NCBI GenBank assembly: GCA_964356785.1
Contig: CAYHIS010000004.1
Coordinates: forward strand, 46,366 to 110,365
DNA length: 64,000 bases
Direction of reading: 5' to 3'
Source: an uncultured Rickettsiales bacterium
GTDB taxonomy: Bacteria > Pseudomonadota > Alphaproteobacteria > Rickettsiales > CANDYO01
In this document: positions 1-11,100 of the stretch, piece by piece
Numbering within the stretch: the first letter of the stretch is position 1
How the letters are laid out: each line of letters opens with the position of its first letter
The notes under the pieces: model-generated
Database searches by the model: none
Seen by the model: only the letters and a program-made list of their open reading frames with translations
What the model was told of the DNA's origin: nothing
Program-made: the position numbers and the translations under genes

Positions 1-2
1 GC

Positions 3-884
3 TTAAATATCCCGCATTATGTATTAAATTATGAAACAGCCTTCAAACAATCTGTTATTGATGATTTTGCAGATAGTTATTTACGTGGAGAAACTCCCAT
101 TCCTTGCGTTAAATGCAATCAAACTGTAAAATTTAGAGACTTACTCCAAATGGCAAAATCTTTAGATGCGGATGCTCTATGCACTGGTCATTATGTAAGA
201 AAAATTCAAACCATCTCAGGTTTTGATTTACTGAGAGGAATAGATCATAATAAAGACCAAAGTTATTTTTTATTTGCCACAACTAAAGCGCAACTAGATT
301 ATACATTTTTTCCTTTAGGAGAATATACTAAAGATGAAACAAGAAAATTAGCTACTAAATATGGTTTAGAAGTAGCTAATAAACCAGATAGCCAAGATAT
401 ATGCTTTGTCCCAGATGGAAATTATTCTGAAATAATAAATAAATATAGACCTGGCGCATTAGATAAAGGTGATATCGTTGATCTTAACGGAAAAAAATTA
501 GGCGAGCATAATGGCATTATAAATTTTACTATAGGACAAAGAAGAGGAATTGGAGTATCCAACCCCGATCCATTATACGTAATAAAGATTATTCCTGATA
601 GTAAACAAGTTATTGTTGGTCCCATAGAGGCATTAAACAAAGTAAGATTCATTATCAAGCAAGTTAATTGGTTAGCTGATTTTTCTGAGAATCTAACCAA
701 TATGCATATCAAAATTAGATCGAATCATGAAGTGGTTCCAGCTAAGGTTAGATTATCGCCTAACAGAATGGCCGAAATTATATTACATTCTCCTGAGAAA
801 GCGATCACCCCTGGTCAAGCATGCGTAATCTATGATGGAGATAGGGTTTTAGGTGGAGGATGGATAACAAATTTAATCTATTAA
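3..884 (+). CDS. mnmA: tRNA 2-thiouridylase MnmA (5' end outside window)
   Basis: Frame open from window start; motifs GETPIPCVKCN, CTGHY, KDQSYFL, DSQDICF, TIGQRRG, TPGQA. Confidence 0.97.
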   Translation, partial: LNIPHYVLNYETAFKQSVIDDFADSYLRGETPIPCVKCNQTVKFRDLLQMAKSLDADALCTGHYVRKIQTISGFDLLRGIDHNKDQSYFLFATTKAQLDYTFFPLGEYTKDETRKLATKYGLEVANKPDSQDICFVPDGNYSEIINKYRPGALDKGDIVDLNGKKLGEHNGIINFTIGQRRGIGVSNPDPLYVIKIIPDSKQVIVGPIEALNKVRFIIKQVNWLADFSENLTNMHIKIRSNHEVVPAKVRLSPNRMAEIILHSPEKAITPGQACVIYDGDRVLGGGWITNLIY

Positions 885-894
885 TTGATAATTA

Positions 895-909
895 TTAATA
901 TCAGATTAA
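895..909. promoter_or_regulatory. CtrA-type site TTAA-N7-TTAA upstream of rhodanese-dnaA
   Basis: TTAA-TATCAGA-TTAA; chance matches are frequent in AT-rich DNA. Confidence 0.3.
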
Positions 910-1140
910 GTTAATATTTGTTAATAACTATCAACGCAAAAAAATCTTAAAAAAATATTTTCTCTTACACAAGCATTTACCTTATGCGCAGATTATCATT
1001 CTGATTGTCAATAAAATTTATTACAAAAAAAACAAAAAAAACTATTTACTCTAACTATAAAATAGGGCAATCATATAAGACGTAGTTAAGTTTATTTATC
1101 TTTTTTTCTACGTCAAATTTTAATCTTTAATACTGTTTTT

Positions 1141-1572
1141 ATGAAGCATATAACTAATGATATAGGCAATATCCCTTCTCACCAATGTTGGGAAGCTCTA
1201 AAAGAAGCTAATACCGCTCTTATAGATGTACGCTGTGAAGAGGAATGGAAGCAAGACGGACTTCCTGATTTATCATCTATGGATAAAGAAGCTAAGCAAA
1301 TTACATGGATTCATTTCTCTCCTTTTGTTCATAGTAATAATAATTTTATTGCTCAACTTGAAAATGAAATTGAAGATAAAAACACAAAAGTATTTTTTAT
1401 ATGTAAATCTGGTGGGCGTTCAATGCAAGCAGCTAATGCAGCGTTAGAAGCAGGTTACTTAAATTGTTTTAATATAAGCGATGGGTTTTTAGGCAATATG
1501 TTTGATCAGAATTTAGAGAATCTAAATCAAAATGGATGGGTTCATAATAATTTACCATGGAGGAAATTATGA
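1141..1572 (+). CDS. Rhodanese-like domain protein
   Basis: [16 protein letters not shown] active loop, NISDGF; stop overlaps dnaA start (ATGA). Confidence 0.9.
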   Translation: MKHITNDIGNIPSHQCWEALKEANTALIDVRCEEEWKQDGLPDLSSMDKEAKQITWIHFSPFVHSNNNFIAQLENEIEDKNTKVFFICKSGGRSMQAANAALEAGYLNCFNISDGFLGNMFDQNLENLNQNGWVHNNLPWRKL

Positions 1573-2969
1573 ATCTTAGTGTAAATATAGAGCAGCAAAA
1601 CTTAAATATCTGGCAACAAGTTCAAGATAAATTAAAATTAGAATATGGCGAAGGAACATATAAAAGCTGGTTAAGTAAGCTTGATTTAGTTTCCAGTCAT
1701 GATAATAAGCTGGTGCTTATTGCACCCACGAAATTTATGCGCGAATGGATTGTTACTCATTATATACATAAAATTAGAGATTTTTGGAAAAGCCTTGATT
1801 CAACAATCATCGATATCGAAATATTAATTGCTAACACTAAAGCAAATATTATTAGCAAAGCTAATACTCAATCTATAAATCTTGATATATATGAAGAGAA
1901 AGCTATAATTGAAACCGATAATTTTTATCAGAATTATAACCTTACATCTGTTCTTGACAGAAGATTTACGTTTGAAAATTTCGTTGTAGGGGTTCCAAAT
2001 GAATTTGCTTATGCAGCTGCAAGATCAGTTGCTGAAGTAAATGATACTATTGCAAAAACAAATCCTTTATTTTTATATGGCGGAGTTGGATTAGGCAAAA
2101 CTCATTTGATGCATGCAATCGCTTGGCATATATATAATAGCAAAAAGAACCGTAAAGTTATGTATATATCCGCTGAGAAGTTCATGTATCAATTCGTTAG
2201 AGCTTTACGTAATAAAGAAATTATGTCATTTAAAGAGCATTTCCGCTCTGTAGATGTGTTAATGATTGATGATGTACAATTCATTTGCGGAAAAGATAGT
2301 ACTCAAGAAGAATTCTTCCACACTTTCAATGCATTAATTGATAATAATTGCCAGATTGTTATTTCATGTGATCGTTCACCATCAGACCTAGATGGCATGG
2401 AAGAGCGCATTAAGTCTCGCCTAGGATGGGGATTAGTTGCTGATGTTCATAGCACCACATATGAATTAAGACTTGGGATTCTTCTTTCTAAGATAGAACA
2501 AATGAACGTCGCCGTACCAAAATCCGTTCTAGAATTTTTAGCTAGTAAGATTACTTCAAACGTAAGGGAACTTGAGGGAGCTTTAAATAAAGTTGTCGCT
2601 CTTTCAAAATTAGTTGGTAGAGAAATTACTTTAGAAAATACCTATGAAATCTTGAAGGATTTACTAAGAGCAAGTGAGAGAATTGTATCAATCGAAGAAA
2701 TTCAGAAAAAGGTCGCCGAGCATTATAACATTAAGATGAACGATTTATCTTCAACAAAAAAAGTACGTTCAATTGCAAGACCAAGGCAAGTTGCTATGTA
2801 TTTATCAAAAAACCTCACAAGCAAAAGTTTTGTTGAAATTGGTCGTAAATTCGGTGGAAGGGATCATACAACCGTAATGCATGCAATTAAAACCATAGAA
2901 GGCTTAAAACAAAAAGATAGCGAAATCGCAGAGGATTTGCATATTCTATCAAAAATTCTGCAAACATAA
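1569..2969 (+). CDS. dnaA: Chromosomal replication initiator DnaA
   Basis: [42 protein letters not shown]; ATG 1569 preferred because GGAGG precedes it. Confidence 0.99.
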   Translation: MNLSVNIEQQNLNIWQQVQDKLKLEYGEGTYKSWLSKLDLVSSHDNKLVLIAPTKFMREWIVTHYIHKIRDFWKSLDSTIIDIEILIANTKANIISKANTQSINLDIYEEKAIIETDNFYQNYNLTSVLDRRFTFENFVVGVPNEFAYAAARSVAEVNDTIAKTNPLFLYGGVGLGKTHLMHAIAWHIYNSKKNRKVMYISAEKFMYQFVRALRNKEIMSFKEHFRSVDVLMIDDVQFICGKDSTQEEFFHTFNALIDNNCQIVISCDRSPSDLDGMEERIKSRLGWGLVADVHSTTYELRLGILLSKIEQMNVAVPKSVLEFLASKITSNVRELEGALNKVVALSKLVGREITLENTYEILKDLLRASERIVSIEEIQKKVAEHYNIKMNDLSSTKKVRSIARPRQVAMYLSKNLTSKSFVEIGRKFGGRDHTTVMHAIKTIEGLKQKDSEIAEDLHILSKILQT

Positions 2970-2985
2970 ATATAAAGGTAATAAG

Positions 2986-4104
2986 ATGTTCAAAGTTATA
3001 GTGCAGCGTAGTGTTTTTTTAAAAGCCTTGTCTTACGTGCAATCCGTGGTGGAGCGTAAGAATATTTCTGAAATATCTTCACATGTAAAACTCGAAGCAT
3101 TTGGAACTTCTTTAACTTTAACAACTTTAGATAATACTATGTCTATAACAACTTCGATTGTTGCAGATATTGAACATAACGGCTCTCTTACTTTACCTGT
3201 TCATACATTATATGATATAGTGCGTAAACTTAATGAGGAGACCATTGAGCTAAAAATAGATAAAGAGCAACCAAACATGGTCGCTGTTGCATCTGGTTTT
3301 TCATTATTTCACCTTCCTTATCTTAAAGCTGAGAAATTCCCAAGAATCGATGTCGGAAATTTTGAATGCAAATTTGCACTGCCCATCACTTCTATGCAAA
3401 GATTAATAGAAAAAAATCGCTATACTATCTCTTTAGAAGATGCGAGGTACCATCTTAATGGTATTTACTTACATCCTATTTTAGAATCAAATGAATTACG
3501 CGCAACGGCAACTGATGGTCACAGATTATCTAGTAGCATAATTACATTGCCAAAAGATGCAAAAAATATGCAACCCGTAATAGTTCCTAGAAAAACTATT
3601 TTTGAATTATCTAAAATAATTGCTGATAAGGAAAATGAGCTACAAATTGAAACTTCTGCTACTAAAATTAAATTTACAATCGACGGGATTACAATGGTAA
3701 GTAAGTTAATAGATGCTAATTTCCCTGAATATCTCCCCCTTATTCCATATAATAACGAGCTTTATTTTTCTATTTTCAGCTCTGACCTTGCTCAGGCCGT
3801 TGATAGAGTAACTACTATTTTAATTGCAAAATCACAAGCTATTGAATTTATAATTAATGGCTCAGAATTACAAATCCAAGCTGGAGGAGACAATCAAAGT
3901 CTTGCTAATGAAAAACTAGAAATAAACAGCAATATGGAAAATTTTATCATACCTTTCAATGCAAGATATATAATTGACATTATGTCTGCTATTGGGAACG
4001 AAACAAATGTGAGTTTCAAGTTTAGCGATCAAATATCTTCTGTTTTAGTGCAAGCAGAAAATGATGAAAAAACCGACTTTGTCATCATGCCAATGAGGGT
4101 ATGA
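2986..4104 (+). CDS. dnaN: DNA polymerase III beta clamp
   Basis: ATDGHRL, FNARY, C-terminal VIMPMRV; follows dnaA. Confidence 0.98.
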   Translation: MFKVIVQRSVFLKALSYVQSVVERKNISEISSHVKLEAFGTSLTLTTLDNTMSITTSIVADIEHNGSLTLPVHTLYDIVRKLNEETIELKIDKEQPNMVAVASGFSLFHLPYLKAEKFPRIDVGNFECKFALPITSMQRLIEKNRYTISLEDARYHLNGIYLHPILESNELRATATDGHRLSSSIITLPKDAKNMQPVIVPRKTIFELSKIIADKENELQIETSATKIKFTIDGITMVSKLIDANFPEYLPLIPYNNELYFSIFSSDLAQAVDRVTTILIAKSQAIEFIINGSELQIQAGGDNQSLANEKLEINSNMENFIIPFNARYIIDIMSAIGNETNVSFKFSDQISSVLVQAENDEKTDFVIMPMRV

Positions 4105-4123
4105 TACGGATGACTAAGATAGG

Positions 4124-4188
4124 CATTATCCTGAACCGCAGGTTTATATTATTGTCTGGATCCTTCGGATAAATCCTCTAAGATAACG
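4124..4188. repeat. Degenerate CGTC-type palindromic repeat
   Basis: ATCCTGA...CTGGATCCTTCGG..AAATCCTC..GATAACG resembles copies at 32070, 35117, 56157 and 61075. Confidence 0.6.
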
Positions 4189-4234
4189 GGCTACAGCTTT
4201 CAATTTTTTTCTTGGCGAATATGCAAACTTCCTC

Positions 4235-5124
4235 TTAGTCGTTCGCAGTATATAATTCAATATTTCCACCAAGGGCTGTAGTGTTGGTAGATACAACTCT
4301 TTCAAATGAAAGTCTTTTTAAGTAATTTTCTCCACCTGCTTTAGGTCCAGTGCCCGATAATCCTTCTCCTCCGAATGGTTGAACGCCCACTGTGGCTCCT
4401 ATCATGCTACGGTTAACATATACGTTACCAATTCTAATTTTATCTAAGACATATTGAATACGGCTATTGATTCTACTATGGATACCAAAGGTTAAAGCAA
4501 AGCCCGTATTATTTAAATAATCAATAACTTTATCTAATTCTGCAAGCCTATATCTAACTACATGAAGCACTGGTCCAAAAATCTCTTCTTTTAAATCATT
4601 TGGATCAGAAAGCTCAAAAATACATGGATTTAAGAAATTTCCTTCCGTCAAAGCTTCTGAATCATAGTGGATTACTTTAAATTTTTTAGCAGCTTGCTTA
4701 CAATAGGTTGAAATATTGCCTAAGCTTACAGCATCAATAAGCGGGCCGATATCTGTAGAAATTTCTTTTGGATCACCAATTTTTAGAGCAGGAACTGCCC
4801 CTTTAAGCATCTGAATTAAAGAATCGGCCACTTCTTCTTGAACAAAAGCTACTCTTAAAGCCGAACATCTTTGTCCAGCGCTATGGAATGCCGAAATTAT
4901 TATATCATCTATCGCTTGCTCCAATAGGCTTGAAGAATCAACAATCATTGCATTTAACCCACCGGTTTCTGCTATTATAGTTGGTATTGAAGCGTTCTCT
5001 CTTGCAACTAGAGCTTTATTAATATTTGCTGCAGTATTTGTAGATCCAGTAAATACAACTCCCTCTATATCTTTGCTGCTCAATATTTCTTGACTTATAA
5101 CCCCACCTGAACAAGGAAGATAAA
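4235..5124 (-). pseudogene. putA: 5'-truncated second copy of putA (C-terminal part of P5C dehydrogenase domain)
   Basis: Colinear with 8166-9055; frame open, but homology starts abruptly at YLPCSGG with an in-frame TAA four codons upstream and no ATG/SD. Confidence 0.85.
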
Positions 5125-5137
5125 AGTCAAAAATTTA

Positions 5138-5173
5138 TGAAAAAGCAATTCCGTTTTATGGAGTGAACGGAAT
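5138..5173 (-). terminator. Probable intrinsic terminator after subtilase gene
   Basis: Stem ATTCCGTT/AACGGAAT followed on minus strand by TGCTTTTT. Confidence 0.55.
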
Positions 5174-5183
5174 GAAAAGTGTT

Positions 5184-6263
5184 TTACTTTTTAAAACATG
5201 CTAGATCTACAAGTTTTTGAGTATGAAGAACTCTTCCATTAGCAACTTTGGGTTTCAGATGATCATAAGTAATTGTATTATTTAGAATAAAGTCTCTTAA
5301 TTCGTACGATGAACCATACACGAGACGGCTTAGTAATAATGCTGCTGTGCCGCTTGTTATTGCAGTAGCTTCAGAGGTGCCTCCACCTACTATTAAATAC
5401 CCTCCTGGTATAATAATCAATATACCAGTTCCTGGGGCCGATATATCAACAAAATTTTTGCCATAATTACTACTATGATGCCATGTTGGTTCAGAAGAAT
5501 TATTGACTGCACCCACTCTAATAATAGGATCAACACTTTTATTTTTGCATACTTGTGGATGAAGTGATGCTGGATAAATTCCTGCATCTAAATAATTCTC
5601 TGTGGTTATTTTTGTTGCCTCATTTCCAACTGCGGCAATAATTAAGATGTCGTTCCTTGTTAAGCATATATTACTGACAAGTTCATTCCATTGAAAGTCT
5701 TCTATTCGCTTTTGTTGCCCTCCAGATAAATTTATTACTGATATATTTGTTCTTAATCTCGATGAGGGAGACTTTAACACTTCAACATTTGAGTCAGTAG
5801 TTACATTATATCTATCATTATTCATAGCTTTGTGAACATTTGTAACATTAATTAATCCATTTATACTGTTGATCAAACTTTCTGGAGCTATGCCTGCTAT
5901 TTTGCGTGTATTGTGATTGGGTTCAGAAGAAATTAAAGAATCTGAACAATAATTAGAGGGAAATGGTTTTAGCATCGCATACGTCTGCCTTTGTTGTATA
6001 TTCTCAGTATCATTTAATGGTAGACGACATTCATGCGCTACCATCAATCCAACCATTGCTGTACCGTGTATATCACCCTGAGAAGTATTATTATAACATA
6101 TTAATTCAGAGTCTTTGTTATGATCTTTATTAATTAGAGGAGGAATGCTAAAATCGACCCATGAATCTATTAAATCTATTACTATACCTTCACCTTTAGT
6201 TTTATTCCATGAATCTAGTATTCCCAATGCAAAAAAATGCCAAGGGTAATCATCATACTCCAT
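5184..6263 (-). CDS. S8 subtilisin-family serine peptidase
   Basis: Triad motifs IDLIDSWVD, HGTAMVGLM, GGTSEATA; oxyanion AAVGNE; DISAPG. Confidence 0.9.
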   Translation of the reverse strand: MEYDDYPWHFFALGILDSWNKTKGEGIVIDLIDSWVDFSIPPLINKDHNKDSELICYNNTSQGDIHGTAMVGLMVAHECRLPLNDTENIQQRQTYAMLKPFPSNYCSDSLISSEPNHNTRKIAGIAPESLINSINGLINVTNVHKAMNNDRYNVTTDSNVEVLKSPSSRLRTNISVINLSGGQQKRIEDFQWNELVSNICLTRNDILIIAAVGNEATKITTENYLDAGIYPASLHPQVCKNKSVDPIIRVGAVNNSSEPTWHHSSNYGKNFVDISAPGTGILIIIPGGYLIVGGGTSEATAITSGTAALLLSRLVYGSSYELRDFILNNTITYDHLKPKVANGRVLHTQKLVDLACFKK

Positions 6264-7470
6264 AGTCTACTCCTAAGCATTTAGTGTCTTGTGAGTATCC
6301 TATTAATCCTATATTAGCTATGCAATTCTCTCTAGAATTATCTATAAGCTCTATCTGTATAGACTCACCTGATCCAGCCAGCACTCCTTTATATTTGTTA
6401 GCACTTATAGAATTATTTAGTAAGTTTATTTCCATTAGAGCTATATCTTTGGCTGTTCCAAGAAGTCCTCCCACAATGTCTTTACCGAAAATTTTTGATG
6501 ATTGAATTTCAATATTACTAATTTTTACATATTCAGCATCTCCTGCTAAAGCTCCGACATAATAACTGCCATTAATAGTTGCGTTAATTATCTTTATATT
6601 GCTAATCATTGCTGGAGAGTATTTTTGTCTAGCAATTATACCAAATAAACCTACATTATTTTCGGAAGGCCTATTAATAAACAAATTCATAATAGAAAAT
6701 GAATTCCCATCAAAATGACCTGAAAAGGGCATTTTATTAGAAATCAATGGAGCAAAGCCATTTCCATTGTCCCAACTAATGGTCTTATTAGCCTCGATAT
6801 CTCGACTTAATGCATAATTACCATGCAAAAATTTAGTGATATCTTGTAAATCATTTATATCATTAACTAACATGTATGCGGTGCTGCTTTTGCTCCCAAC
6901 ATTGCGAGTATAGCTATTAGGATTATGATACTTGTGCGTATAAGTTTCTTCATCTATTTTTGGAGCCGGATTATAATAAATATAAACTTTACCGCCGCCT
7001 TCAGCAAAAATTTGTGGATGTTTATGATTTTCAAGAATAACAGTGGCATTGCACTCACTACCTCTGCATTCCAAGTCCCCTATGCCAGCTCCAAAACGTG
7101 CAATACTCATGTTTTTTAATGTAATAGAAGCATTTTCTCTAAAAATAATATTTTTGGATGTAAATATAGTTATATCACATAGTTCACTTAATTCTATTTT
7201 ATCAGCAATTATAACATCGTCTTCTACTCCAATATTACTAAGCGCTAATAATTGTTCTTTTGTAAAAATAACAGTCTTGTCTGTTTGAGTATATTTATAA
7301 TTAGTATGGTTAGATGTATTTGATTCCATTGCTTTTTGCTCCTCTGATATTAGGTATAGTTCGAGCAAAGTATCACCATTATTTTGGCTAGTCAAGCCAG
7401 CTATTGAAGAAGTCCTATCATCTTGAAGTAAAGTAGCATTCCCAATAGCATTACCTGTTGTTGAGGCATC
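6253..7470 (-). CDS. GLUG-motif / FHA-passenger-like beta-solenoid protein, probably 5'-truncated
   Basis: AYMLVNDINDLQDI...GNYALSRDIEA...WDNGNGFAP...FSGHFDG...NVGLFG, YVGALAG, IVGGLLG; the ORF continues to 7626 only as antisense of the TPR ORF, so the start is uncertain. Confidence 0.7.
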   Translation of the reverse strand, partial: DASTTGNAIGNATLLQDDRTSSIAGLTSQNNGDTLLELYLISEEQKAMESNTSNHTNYKYTQTDKTVIFTKEQLLALSNIGVEDDVIIADKIELSELCDITIFTSKNIIFRENASITLKNMSIARFGAGIGDLECRGSECNATVILENHKHPQIFAEGGGKVYIYYNPAPKIDEETYTHKYHNPNSYTRNVGSKSSTAYMLVNDINDLQDITKFLHGNYALSRDIEANKTISWDNGNGFAPLISNKMPFSGHFDGNSFSIMNLFINRPSENNVGLFGIIARQKYSPAMISNIKIINATINGSYYVGALAGDAEYVKISNIEIQSSKIFGKDIVGGLLGTAKDIALMEINLLNNSISANKYKGVLAGSGESIQIELIDNSRENCIANIGLIGYSQDTKCLGVDYGV

Positions 7471-8054
7471 ATTATAAACATTTTGAACTGGTTGAGCAAA
7501 TACGAAATAACTATTTCGAGCCAACAAGCCTAGAAATGGCTTCTTTAAAAACCAGCATTGCACGAGCTCACTCGCATCTAGATGGTGAACATCAAAAAAA
7601 AGCCATTGATTATTACCAACAGTCAATTCAAATTTGTAAACAACTCAAATCTGAACAAAATATCGCAGTAAACTTACAAGAATTAATCGCAGCATATAAA
7701 AAACTAAACGACGCAACTGATGTATCAAGTTATGCGTTCAATATTTTAACCTTAGAAAAGGCTAAAATTTCTAAGGAAGAATTACTTGAAAATGCAAAAT
7801 TATTAAAAGAAACTGCAAAGATATTTAGTGCAAAACAGGACTTCCTTACGACAGTAGAGTTACAATCAAAAGCATTTGATATTTTAAAAGAACAACATGC
7901 TGAATTATCTTTATTAAAAGATGCGTGTTATGATATAGCTTTGACCTATCTTTATATAAATGAAGACGAACATTATAAGAGAATGGCTGAGTGCAATAAT
8001 ATGATTTACTCAGGAGGAGAAAATTCTGCATATGCCGTTAAAGATGAGTTTTAA
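7458..8054 (+). pseudogene. C-terminal fragment of a TPR-repeat protein
   Basis: Helical TPR-like units (MASLKTSIARAH...KAIDYYQQSIQI; CYDIALTY); in-frame TAG at 7446, no ATG/SD at the 5' end. Confidence 0.55.
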
Positions 8055-8056
8055 TA

Positions 8057-8168
8057 TAATACCAATCTTCGCTAATAACTGAATGCCATTACAGCGAGGA
8101 ACTGGCAACGCTCCACGCGAATCTTCGATGAATTAGATTTGTAAATTTAATTGTAGAAATTGGTATTA
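8057..8168. mobile_element. Miniature inverted-repeat element, ATACCAA-end family (divergent)
   Basis: 10-bp TIR TAATACCAAT/ATTGGTATTA; left arm ATACCAA-N6-CTAATAACTGAA resembles arms at 23380 and 43970; right end overlaps the putA stop. Confidence 0.55.
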
Positions 8169-11100
8169 TTCTACTGAAGTGTATAATTCTATATTACCAC
8201 CTAAAGCTGTGGTATTGGTAGACACGACTCTTTCAAATGAAAGTCTTTTTAAGTAATTCTCTCCACCTGCTTTAGGTCCAGTGCCAGACAGTCCTTCCCC
8301 ACCAAAAGGTTGAACCCCTACTGTGGCTCCTATCATGCTGCGATTAACATATACGTTACCAATTCTAATTCTATCTAAAACATATTGAATACGACTATTG
8401 ATTCTACTATGGATACCGAAAGTTAAAGCAAAGCCCGTATTATTTAGATAATCGATAACTTTATCTAGTTCTGCAAGCCTGTATCTAACTATATGAAGCA
8501 CCGGTCCAAAAATCTCTTCCTTTAAATCATTTGGATCAGAAAGCTCAAAAATACATGGATTTAAGAAATTCCCTTCCGTCAAAGCTTCTGAATCATAGTG
8601 GATTACTTTAAATTTTTTAGCAGCTTGACTACAATAAGTTGAGATATTTCCTAAACTCACTCTATCAATGAGCGGGCCAATATCTGTAGAAATTTCCTTT
8701 GGATCACCAATTTTTAGTGCAGTAACCGCTCCTTTAAGCATTTTAATTAAAGAATCAGCCACCTCTTCTTGAACAAAAGCTATTCTTAAAGCAGAACATC
8801 TTTGTCCAGCACTATGGAATGCCGAAATTATTATGTCATCTACCGCTTGCTCCAATAAGCTTGAAGAATCAACGATCATAGAGTTCAAGCCACCAGTTTC
8901 TGCTATTATAGTTGGAATTGAAGCATTCTCTCTTGCAACTAGAGTTTTGTTAATATTTGCGGCGGTGCTTGTAGACCCAGTGAATACAACACCCTCTATA
9001 TCTTTACTGCTTAATATTTCTTGACTTATAACTCCACCTGAGCAAGGAAGATAAACTAAAGCTTCTTTAGGGATTCCAGCTTCATATGCTAGATCTATAG
9101 CTTTAGCGGCAATTAAACTAGTCTGCGTAGCTGGTTTAGCAATCACCAGATTCCCAGCGGCTAAAGCACCAACAATCTGACCTAAGAAAATTGCTAATGG
9201 AAAATTCCATGGGCTAATACAAACAAAAATACCTTTGGCTCTATAAAAATAACGGTTTTCTTCCCCTGTTACTCCTTTTAAAATTTTATCCTCAGCAAAA
9301 TCTTTATCAACTAAACTTGCATAATAATAACAAAAATCTATAGCCTCTCTAATTTCAGCGATAGCATCGTTAAACACCTTGCCAGCCTCTTTAACCAATA
9401 TATAAATTAGCTCTTCTTGATTTTTTTCTAATAAATCTCCTAATTTTCTTATCTTATTGGCTCTATTTTGTGGAGTATCCCAATCTAATTTTTGTTTCTT
9501 TATATATTCTAAAGCTTGTTTAGCTTGAGAAAAGTTCGCCGTTTCTGAGTATCCAACTATTTCATCTTGATTAGCCGGATTATTAACCGCATGCCTTTCT
9601 CCTTTAAGTAGAGACTTAACTATAGGAGCAGAAGTTAATTTATAACCCTTCTTCATAATTTTAACGAAATATTCTTGATTAATAGGATCAGCTAAATCTA
9701 GTCCTTTCGAGTTTTTCCGTGCATTTGCAAAAATATCCACAGGTAAAGGAACATTCTGTTTAATACTAGTTTCAGCAATTTCTTTTTTACATTTTAATAT
9801 TGGATTTTCAACTACTGCACTAACTTCGATATTTTTATCTTTTACTTTATGCAAGAAAGAACTACTGGCTCCATTCTCAAGAATTCTTCTAACCAAATAA
9901 GGTAATAATATTTCATGCTCTCCTATTGGAGCGTAAACCCTGCATCTCACTTTTAAGTCTTTAGCTAAAAGAAGATCATAAAGATCTTGCCCCATACTGT
10001 ATAAACGCTGGAATTCAAAAGAATATATTTCTACTTTATTTCTTTTTGCCATCGCTAAAACCGCACAAGCAGTATGAGCGTTATGAGTCGCAAACATAGG
10101 ATAAATATGAGTTACATTTTGCAATAATATTTCTGCGCAAGCCAAATATGAAAGATCAGTATGATATTTTTTTCTAAATACTGGATAGTTCTTTTCTCCA
10201 AGCTCTTGTGTTTTCTTAATTTCTGAATCCCAATAAGCACCCTTTACTAATCTTATAGATATTTTTCTTTGTTTTTCTTTTACTAAATTAATTAATGCCT
10301 GAATTAAATAAGAAGCCCTTTTTTGGTAAGATTGCACCGCTAAGCCTAAACCGCCCCAATCTTTTAATTCTTTGGCATTTAATAAGCCAATAATTATATC
10401 TAAAGAGATTTCTAAACGATTTGCTTCTTCTGCATCTATTACCATAGAAACTTCATTAAGCTTACAAAGCCCCGCTAGTTCAAGCATTTTTGGCAATAAT
10501 TCTTTTAATAATATTTCTCTTTTTGAATAATCATAACGTGGATGCAAAGCCGATAATTTAATAGATATACTTGGCATCAATTCTTGAGAAACTTTATAAG
10601 TTTTCTTGTATTTACCAGCCTCTATTATAGAATTTTTGTAACTTAAGAAATATTTTTCTGCGTCTTCGTAAGTTCTTGCACCTTCTCCAAGCATATCATA
10701 TGAATATAAATATTTATCTCCTCTAGTTCTTAAAGTATTTTCTTGTTCTAAAGCTTTCTCTATAGTGTGGGCCATTATAAATTGCTCTGCCATTTTACTC
10801 ATAGCAAAGTTTATAGTTTTTCTAATTACAGAAACTCCTAATTTTAAGAAGCTAACTTTTTTACTAGTTTTAAGAATTTTCTCAGCAGCAGATAAACCAA
10901 AACGAAAAACACTATCTTTCATGGATTTATTATTATCTTCTATCTGAGATAATTCTTCCATCCATTCTATATTTTCAATTTTATCGTGAATTAATTCATC
11001 TACAGTCTTTGTATCTGGGATTCTAAGCAAGGCCTCAGACAAGCAAACTAACGCCACTCCTTCTTTTGTCGAAAGATTATACTTGGCAAGCAAACTATCT

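Noticed and set aside
885-1140. oriC upstream of dnaA
   Set aside because: AT-rich, but I found no perfect DnaA boxes; 54030-54345 is the better candidate
4235-5083. Stand-alone P5C dehydrogenase gene
   Set aside because: Lacks the N-terminal part of the NAD-binding domain (ISPWNFP) and a credible start
5184-5200. CaaX prenylation motif on the subtilase (CFKK)
   Set aside because: Lys residues do not fit the aliphatic CaaX pattern
4235-9055. Diversity-generating retroelement template/variable repeat pair
   Set aside because: Differences are mainly synonymous and not adenine-specific; no reverse transcriptase
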